A stretch of DNA of 64,000 bases from an uncultured Gammaproteobacteria bacterium. GTDB lineage: Bacteria > Patescibacteriota > Microgenomatia > Levybacterales > GWA1-39-11. A model generated the notes under the pieces. It had not been told where the DNA came from. It saw only the letters and a program-made list of their open reading frames with translations, and did no database searches. The stretch spans positions 438,572 through 502,571 of the forward strand of contig CAYVFE010000001.1 in assembly GCA_964450885.1 (NCBI GenBank). The letters run 5' to 3'. A program made the translations under genes and the position numbers. Positions within the stretch are counted from its first letter, which is position 1; the number at the start of each line of letters is the position of its first letter. Shown piece after piece: positions 57,639 through 64,000 of this stretch.

Positions 57639-57748
57639 AAAAAAAACCGCCTCATTCGCGGTTATATATATTATAACAGAAATACTATAGAATATGTCAA
57701 AAATTTTGAGTTTGAACAAATAGCCTCACTTCACTATAATATCCTCAT

Positions 57749-60559
57749 ATGTTCAAACCAGTAGATCCTAAAGCCAGTTTTCCAGAGATCGAAGAAAAGA
57801 TAATAAGATTTTGGAAAGAAAATAAAGTTTTTGAAAAATCTGTAGATAAAGACTACGGAGGCCGAAAGTGGACTTTTCTGGACGGTCCGCCATTTGTAAC
57901 TGGAATGCCTCATTATGGATCACTTCTATCTTCGCTTCCGAAGGATGTTTTTGGTCGTTATTGGACAATGAAAGGATATAAGGTTAGGCGTGTTTGGGGT
58001 TGGGATGGCCATGGGTTACCTATCGAAAATAAAGTTGAAGGGGCACTTGGAGTCGAGCGAAAAAAAGACATTGAGGATAAAATAGGGGTCGATAAATTTA
58101 TAGAAGAATGTAGAAAATATGTGAACGATATTTCTTCGGAATGGGAGTGGTACATAGATCATATCGGACGTTGGGTTGATTTTAAAAATGCTTATAAGAC
58201 ATGGGATACAGATTATATGGAGTCTGTTATGTGGGTTTTTAAAAATCTTTATGATAAGGGACATATATATAAGGGTTTGAGAATAGGTCTTTATTGTCCC
58301 CATTGTTCTACTCCTATCTCAAATTTTGAGGTAGCGATGGATGTTGATAACTACAAGGAGATCGCTGATTTTGCAACTACATATAAGTATCTTCTGGAAG
58401 GCGAGAAGAATACATATATATTAGCTTGGTCGACGACTCCGTGGAATAAGATAGTAACACCGGCTTTAGCTGTAAATCCAAAGCTCACATATGTAAAAGT
58501 TGAACAGAAGGGTGAATTTTATATTCTAGCGAAATCTACACTAAAGACTTTGGGAAGTGAAGATTCTTACAAAATAATAGAAGAGTATCAGGGAAGCGAT
58601 CTTGTAGGTAGGAAATTTGTTCCGCACTTCGACTACTATGCAGACAAAGTAAAAGATGGGGAAAAGATATTTGAAATAGTCGATGGCGACTTTGTAGAGG
58701 CTGAGGAGGGAACGGGAGTCGTGACGATAGCTGCATATGGTGAAGAAGACTTAAAATTGATGAAAGACAAGAACATTCATATGGAGATGCATTTGGATGA
58801 AGAGGGAAATGTCAAAAACGACGTTCCTCAATTTGGAGGAATGTATTATCTTAAAGCGAACAAAGCGGTTAACGAGCACCTTGCGGAGAAAGGACTAATT
58901 TATGCAGATACTCAGCGAACTCATAGTGTGCCACTGTGCTGGAGATGTCATACTAGGCTTTACTATGCTCCCCTTGATGCGTGGTTTGTAGATGTGCAGA
59001 GCATGAAGGAAAAGTTAAAGTCTGTTAACGAAGGCATAAATTGGTTCCCCAAGCATTTTAAGACCGGAAGGTTTCTAAAAAGTCTTGAAAATGCTCCAGA
59101 TTGGAACATTTCGAGGAATAGGTATTGGGGGAGCCCAATTCCTGTATGGGAGTGCTCGTGCGGTAATAGAATTGTTGCAGGATCTATTGCGGAAATAGAG
59201 GAACTATCTGGTATTCGAGTAAAAGATTTGCACAAACCGGAGATTGATGAGGTTAAAATAACGTGTAAAAAATGTGGACAATTAGCAAATAGAGTACCAG
59301 AAGTACTCGATAGTTGGATTGAAGCCGGCAGTGCTTCATTTGCCGAAAGACATTTTCCTTTTTCAGAAGAAAAGCTGGAAGAATTCTTCCCCCCAGATTT
59401 TATTGCCGAATATACAGGGCAGATAAGGGCTTGGTTTTACGTGTTACATGTTATAGGCGTGGGACTTTATGATACAAAAGCTTTTAAAAATGTTCTGGTT
59501 GAGGGGGTAATTTTGGGTACTGATGGCAGAAAGATGAGTAAAAATTTCAGAAATTACCCAGATCCTAGAGAAATGTTGGGTCAATATGGGGGCGATGCGC
59601 TGAGACTTTATCTTTTAGGTAGTAATGTCATGCGTGGTGAGGATATAAGGATCTCGCAGGATGAATATAAAGATCAGGTAAAAGGCACGATGCTTATTTT
59701 GTGGAATATCTATAACTTCTTTGTTTCGAATGCTATTCTTTATAATTCGGATGGTGGTAATTTAAGTTCAAAATCTGAGAATATTCTCGATGAGTGGATA
59801 TTGAGTAGGGTTGAGGGGTTGAGGAATACGATGACCAAATCATTGGATGCATATGACACGGTTTCTTCCATATCTGCCGTAAAGGTATTTATTTCCGATT
59901 TTTCGACATGGTATATACGTCGTAGTAGGGAAAGGCTCTATTCAGAAGAAAAAGACGATATAGACGCGTTTTTTGCGACTACAAGCCATGTTCTTATCAA
60001 ATTGTCAAAGTTAATTGCACCAATCATGCCGTTTATCTCGGAAGAGATGTATAAAAATATTACTGATGGCGAGTCCGTTCACCTAGAACCGTGGCCACAA
60101 GAAGAAAAGGAATTCTTTAATCCTGATCTTGAAAGAGAAATGGAGATAGCAAGAGAAGTTGTTGAGGTAGGACATTTTGAAAGAAAGAAGGCGCAGGTAA
60201 AAGTCAGGCAACCGCTTGCAAGCATAAAAATAATTTCCGAGGTAGAAATTTCTGAGAAAATTAGAGAGGTTATAGCTGCAGAGTTAAATGTTAAGAAGGT
60301 TGAAGTTATTGTAGGAGGGAGTACGAAAGTAGAGCTAGATATATCTATAACTGAGGATTTGAAGGCGGAAGGCGTTGCAAGAGAAATAATCCGAAGCATA
60401 CAGCAAGAAAGGAAAAAGCTTGGCACAAAACGAGACGAGTTTGTAAATGTTTATTTGCCTTCTTGGCCTAAAAAATTTGAAGAAGAAATAAAAAAGAGGA
60501 CACTGACACAAAAACTAGAAGAATCAGACGAATTTAGAGTGGAAAAGATAGATGGATAA
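57749..60559 (+). CDS. ileS: isoleucine--tRNA ligase (type 2, eukaryote-like)
   Basis: It has DGPPFVTGMPHYGS...WGWDGHGLPIE and the KMSKS-region GRKMSKNFRNYPDP. Confidence 0.85.
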   Translation: MFKPVDPKASFPEIEEKIIRFWKENKVFEKSVDKDYGGRKWTFLDGPPFVTGMPHYGSLLSSLPKDVFGRYWTMKGYKVRRVWGWDGHGLPIENKVEGALGVERKKDIEDKIGVDKFIEECRKYVNDISSEWEWYIDHIGRWVDFKNAYKTWDTDYMESVMWVFKNLYDKGHIYKGLRIGLYCPHCSTPISNFEVAMDVDNYKEIADFATTYKYLLEGEKNTYILAWSTTPWNKIVTPALAVNPKLTYVKVEQKGEFYILAKSTLKTLGSEDSYKIIEEYQGSDLVGRKFVPHFDYYADKVKDGEKIFEIVDGDFVEAEEGTGVVTIAAYGEEDLKLMKDKNIHMEMHLDEEGNVKNDVPQFGGMYYLKANKAVNEHLAEKGLIYADTQRTHSVPLCWRCHTRLYYAPLDAWFVDVQSMKEKLKSVNEGINWFPKHFKTGRFLKSLENAPDWNISRNRYWGSPIPVWECSCGNRIVAGSIAEIEELSGIRVKDLHKPEIDEVKITCKKCGQLANRVPEVLDSWIEAGSASFAERHFPFSEEKLEEFFPPDFIAEYTGQIRAWFYVLHVIGVGLYDTKAFKNVLVEGVILGTDGRKMSKNFRNYPDPREMLGQYGGDALRLYLLGSNVMRGEDIRISQDEYKDQVKGTMLILWNIYNFFVSNAILYNSDGGNLSSKSENILDEWILSRVEGLRNTMTKSLDAYDTVSSISAVKVFISDFSTWYIRRSRERLYSEEKDDIDAFFATTSHVLIKLSKLIAPIMPFISEEMYKNITDGESVHLEPWPQEEKEFFNPDLEREMEIAREVVEVGHFERKKAQVKVRQPLASIKIISEVEISEKIREVIAAELNVKKVEVIVGGSTKVELDISITEDLKAEGVAREIIRSIQQERKKLGTKRDEFVNVYLPSWPKKFEEEIKKRTLTQKLEESDEFRVEKIDG

Positions 60560-61649
60560 AAATAGCAAAGGCTTGAGGGGGTTTTTGAGAAGAATCGACC
60601 CCTTTCTACTTATTCCAGTGTTGATAATTATAGCGATTAGCTTGCTTACACTGCTTTCAATAAATCCTGTTTTTTTCAGGCAGCAGTTTATTTCGCTAAT
60701 CTTAGGAATAGTCTTATTTTTGCTTTTTATACGGATTGACCTCGTAGCATTAAGAAGTTTATCAAAAATATTTTATGGAATCGCTATAGCGCTTTTTATT
60801 ATGCTTATGCTTTTTGGGGTCGAAGTGGGAGGAGAAAAAAATTGGTTTGATCTTTTTGGATTGCGATTTCAGGTATCGGAGATGATAAAACCCTTTTTTA
60901 TAATTATACTTTCGTCATATCTTTTTTTGGATATCAAACAAAGAATAACCAAATTTTTTGGAGCACTTCTTATATCCATGCCTATTATTTTCCTTGTTAT
61001 CAGATCAGATTTTGGGACAGGGGTTATTTATTCTGTAATAACATTTTCGTTGATTCTTCTTGCTGGTTTTCCAAAAAGATATATTTTGGGTTCAATTTTA
61101 GGAGCTGTTGCCATTTTTCCCTTGGTATTTCTTTCTTTTGAGCAATATCAAAAAGATAGGATTATGACTTTTCTGGATGTAACAAGTGACCCAACGGGTG
61201 CCTCTTACAATGCTATACAGTCATTGATTTCTATCGGGAGTGGGGGTTTTTTCGGGAAGGGATTTGGTCAAGGGACACAGTCGTTATTGAGATTTTTGCC
61301 TGAACAGCATACTGATTTTATCTTTGCAACAATCTCTGAGGACTTGGGATTTGTAGGTTCATTTGTGGTCCTGGGCTTATTTGTAGTTCTTCTCTATAGG
61401 ATTTATAAAGTCTCGATCTCAAGTCGGAACACATATAACTACCTTTTGTGCATGGGAGTCTTTGCGATGCTTTTTTTTCAAATACTTTTTAATGTGGGAA
61501 TGAATCTGGGGCTTATGCCAGTTATCGGTATAACTTTGCCTTTTGCATCCTACGGAGGGAACTCGCTAATCGCAAGTCTTATTGCCGTTGGGATAGTTTC
61601 AAATATATCTACCGAGAACAAAAGGCAGCAATCTATGGAAATAGCTTAA
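60552..61649 (+). CDS. rodA: SEDS-family protein (RodA/FtsW-like), the second copy in the window
   Basis: It has the SEDS motifs SEMIKPFFIIILSSYLF and GITLPFASYGGNS. Confidence 0.7.
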   Translation: MDKNSKGLRGFLRRIDPFLLIPVLIIIAISLLTLLSINPVFFRQQFISLILGIVLFLLFIRIDLVALRSLSKIFYGIAIALFIMLMLFGVEVGGEKNWFDLFGLRFQVSEMIKPFFIIILSSYLFLDIKQRITKFFGALLISMPIIFLVIRSDFGTGVIYSVITFSLILLAGFPKRYILGSILGAVAIFPLVFLSFEQYQKDRIMTFLDVTSDPTGASYNAIQSLISIGSGGFFGKGFGQGTQSLLRFLPEQHTDFIFATISEDLGFVGSFVVLGLFVVLLYRIYKVSISSRNTYNYLLCMGVFAMLFFQILFNVGMNLGLMPVIGITLPFASYGGNSLIASLIAVGIVSNISTENKRQQSMEIA

Positions 61650-61672
61650 TTTTTTTGTTACAATATGTGACT

Positions 61673-62008
61673 ATGAACTACGCAGTTATTAAATCAGGCG
61701 GAAAACAGTATGTTGTACGCCCAAATGAAAGCTTTAAAACAGATAAGATTGAGGGAAATCCTGGAGATAAAGTCTCTTTTGACGAGGTGTTATTGATTGT
61801 AGATGGAGAGAAAATGACAGTTGGAGCACCTGTTATCAAGGGAATGAGTGTTTTAGGAAAGATCGTAGATCAGAAGTCTGGAGATAAAGTGCGCGTTGCT
61901 AAATTTAAAGCAAAGGCACGATACAGAAAAGTTAGGGGTTTTCGAGCAAAAATAACAGAAGTTATGGTAGAATCCATAAAAGAAGCAAAAAATAAAGGAG
62001 AAAAATAA
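61673..62008 (+). CDS. rplU: 50S ribosomal protein L21
   Basis: It starts MNYAVIKSGGKQYVV. Confidence 0.9.
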   Translation: MNYAVIKSGGKQYVVRPNESFKTDKIEGNPGDKVSFDEVLLIVDGEKMTVGAPVIKGMSVLGKIVDQKSGDKVRVAKFKAKARYRKVRGFRAKITEVMVESIKEAKNKGEK

Positions 62009-62254
62009 ATGGCACATACAAAATCACAAGGAGCTGTTAAGGGAAATCGAGACTCGATAGCAAAAAGGCTAGGGGTTAAGATTTATGGCGGATCAAAAGT
62101 TAACGCTGGAAATATCATTATACGCCAAAAAGGAACACATTTCGGGGTAGGAAGTGGGGCATCGCTAGGGAATGATTACACCATATTTGCCCTAAAGAGC
62201 GGAATCGTTAATTTTATTACCCGAAAGGGAAAAAAGATCGTGGAGGTAATATAA
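62009..62254 (+). CDS. rpmA: 50S ribosomal protein L27
   Basis: It has MAHTKSQGAVKGNRDSIAKRLGVK. Confidence 0.9.
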   Translation: MAHTKSQGAVKGNRDSIAKRLGVKIYGGSKVNAGNIIIRQKGTHFGVGSGASLGNDYTIFALKSGIVNFITRKGKKIVEVI

Positions 62255-62255
62255 A

Positions 62256-63065
62256 ATGGCAGAAACTAAAGTTATTGACTTGGAGCTAACAATGCTTCAA
62301 CCAAATCCACTTCAGCCCAGAGGTCTTATTTCTCCTGAATCACTTACAGATCTAGTCAACTCTATTCGCGAGCAAGGAATACTTGAGCCTATTGTCGTTG
62401 CAGAAACTCCTGCAGGATTTCAGATAATTGCAGGTGAGAGGCGATGGCGAGCGGCAAAAATTTTAGGATTAGAGTTCGTTCCTGTAATAGTAAAGCAGAC
62501 TACTCCTCAACAGATGCTTGAGATGTCTATTGTAGAGAATGTTCAAAGAGAAGATTTGAATCCGATTGAGCGCGCACAGGCATACAAAAGACTTATTGAT
62601 GAGTTTAATCTTTCTGTCACAGAGGTCGCAAAGAGGGTCGGTAAGAGTCTTCCTTATATCTCAAATAGCATTCGACTTTTGACCCTTCCAGATGCAATAA
62701 AAGACGCTTTGGCTGCGGGAGTTATCTCCGAAGGTCATGTGAGGCCACTCATATCAATAGGTGACCCAAAACTTATGCTCCAGGCATTTAGAAAGATATT
62801 GGTTGAGGGAATTAGCGTAAGAGGCGCTGAGGATGTAGCAAGACAAGTTAAGGCCGAGGTTCAGAAAAAGGAGCCTCAAAAGAGGGCAGACAGGATATAT
62901 ATTCCAGAACAGGACGAAATGGCAAAGAATTTGTCTCAAAAGCACGGTTGGAATGTGAAGTTTGATCAATCTAGGGTAAACGGCAAGATAACCATAGTTA
63001 TCAAAGGTGATCAGGAGAAAACTACCGAAGAACTGCGTAAGATATTCGAAAAACTCTCCAATTAG
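62256..63065 (+). CDS. parB: chromosome partitioning protein ParB/Spo0J
   Basis: It has the ParB box GERRWRAAKILGLEFVPVIV. Confidence 0.8.
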   Translation: MAETKVIDLELTMLQPNPLQPRGLISPESLTDLVNSIREQGILEPIVVAETPAGFQIIAGERRWRAAKILGLEFVPVIVKQTTPQQMLEMSIVENVQREDLNPIERAQAYKRLIDEFNLSVTEVAKRVGKSLPYISNSIRLLTLPDAIKDALAAGVISEGHVRPLISIGDPKLMLQAFRKILVEGISVRGAEDVARQVKAEVQKKEPQKRADRIYIPEQDEMAKNLSQKHGWNVKFDQSRVNGKITIVIKGDQEKTTEELRKIFEKLSN

Positions 63066-63622
63066 TCAATTTCAGCGTGCTCAACGACCCTAATACTCGA
63101 AAGGGGCCAGTATACGAAGAAAGATTTACCTATAATTTCACTTTTTTGGACAAAACCCCATTCTCTTGAATCTGAGCTATTGGATCTATTATCGCCCATT
63201 ACGAAATAATTCCCCTCGGGAACATTTATTTGGGAGCCTTCAGGCAGGAAATTGCCTCCGTTTGTGACATAATTTGAGGGTAAATAATCCTCAATCAGTA
63301 GATTGCCATTTAGGTAGACTTTTCCTTCACTAACTGACACTGTATCTCCCGCAGATCCTATAATTCTTTTTATAAAGTCTTTATTGTCCTCGGTGGGTGC
63401 ATGAAAAACTACGACATCGCCTCTTTCATAGTCGGAGAATCTTTGAGAAATAAGGTTTGTGAGGACGTATTCTCCGTTGTCGAAAGTGGGATACATAGAT
63501 AGACCATTTACCTGATAGGGACGAAAGAGAAAAGCGTATATGACAACGAATATCGCTCCAGCAAATACTAAAGTCTGGATTAGATCAAATAAAACATAAT
63601 AGATTTTTCTGAGAATATTCAT
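63062..63622 (-). CDS. lepB: signal peptidase I
   Basis: It has GLSMYPTF (the Ser nucleophile) and GDNRSNSSDSREWGFV (box E). Confidence 0.85.
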   Translation of the reverse strand: MNILRKIYYVLFDLIQTLVFAGAIFVVIYAFLFRPYQVNGLSMYPTFDNGEYVLTNLISQRFSDYERGDVVVFHAPTEDNKDFIKRIIGSAGDTVSVSEGKVYLNGNLLIEDYLPSNYVTNGGNFLPEGSQINVPEGNYFVMGDNRSNSSDSREWGFVQKSEIIGKSFFVYWPLSSIRVVEHAEID

Positions 63623-63920
63623 TTGTATATTTTCTCTACTATTGTCTTTATTGTCAAATGTAAAAATAGTAAAAAATAAGTTAATTTGGTAAAATAGGAA
63701 AGTTGGATTTAGGTTGTAGTTGCTGAAATAACAAGATTATTTAGTAAGGGGCCGTAAAAAGGATTGCCTCTTAATACAATTAGCAGTCAAGGGAATCGAG
63801 TGATAATAGGGTATAATATTCATTTTATCCCGTTAAATCAATCTAAATGTAATTATTTTAAGTGTATATTACTGATATTATTTATATCAAACAGTATCTA
63901 AGAATATTTTTTTAAACTTC

Positions 63921-64000
63921 ATGAAAAAAGGCACTAGCAGAAAAAAAATACTTTTTCTCGCCAGGCTTTATCATCCACATATAGGAGGAGTAGAGAAGCA
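63921..64000 (+). CDS. glycosyltransferase family 1, 3'-truncated by the window end
   Basis: It begins MKKGTSRKKILFLARLYHPHIGGVEK, a typical GT4 N-terminus. Confidence 0.35.
   Translation, partial: MKKGTSRKKILFLARLYHPHIGGVEK

Noticed and set aside
1-64000. Scanned for CRISPR arrays, rRNA genes and IS/transposase genes.
   Set aside because: I found no regularly spaced short repeats, no rRNA-like conserved blocks and no transposase motifs. The only mobile-element signature is the integrase island.

Overview
The window is a low-GC, gene-dense bacterial chromosome segment with small proteins, short intergenic spacers and many overlapping start/stop codons. A CPR/Patescibacteria-like lineage is my inference; I did not verify it. 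It has four parts. (1) Positions 1-26 kb hold a very large cell-surface glycan locus. It contains at least five GT2 and five GT1 glycosyltransferases and several GT-C-like polytopic membrane proteins. It also carries an FdtC/FdtA-like fusion, an FdtB-like aminotransferase and a sugar C-methyltransferase-like enzyme, which together look like a dTDP-3-acetamido-3,6-dideoxyhexose branch. Two acetyltransferases, a ManC-like nucleotidyltransferase, an O-antigen-ligase-like giant fusion protein and an initiating polyprenyl-phosphate sugar transferase complete it. (2) Positions 26-45.5 kb hold a DUF4012-like membrane protein, recO, glyQS and a compact division/cell-wall (dcw) cluster. The cluster order is mraZ-rsmH-ftsL-ftsI-murE-murC-murA-glmU(split)-mraY-ftsW-murG-ftsQ-ftsA-ftsZ. 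MraZ-box-like repeats lie upstream of mraZ and a clean intrinsic terminator follows ftsZ. (3) Positions 45.5-54.35 kb are the most interesting part: an ~8.8 kb integrated element inserted into the 3' end of ftsZ. It is bounded by a 30-bp direct repeat, and both copies encode the FtsZ C-terminal peptide IPAFLRQKN-stop; the six nucleotide differences are all synonymous. The element carries a tyrosine integrase, an XRE regulator, a SHOCT protein and a LexA-type repressor. LexA is divergent to a membrane protein gene that is translationally coupled to a CD-NTase/SMODS-like nucleotidyltransferase, which I read as a CBASS-like candidate. Further along are a translationally coupled Nudix hydrolase and MrcB-N/HNH endonuclease (type IV-restriction-like), a GIY-YIG nuclease and several unknown proteins. 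(4) Positions 54.35-64 kb are housekeeping: a GT-C membrane protein, typA/bipA, a type-2-like ileS, a second SEDS protein (rodA-like), rplU, rpmA, parB, lepB and the start of another GT1 gene. I found no rRNA, tRNA or CRISPR array.
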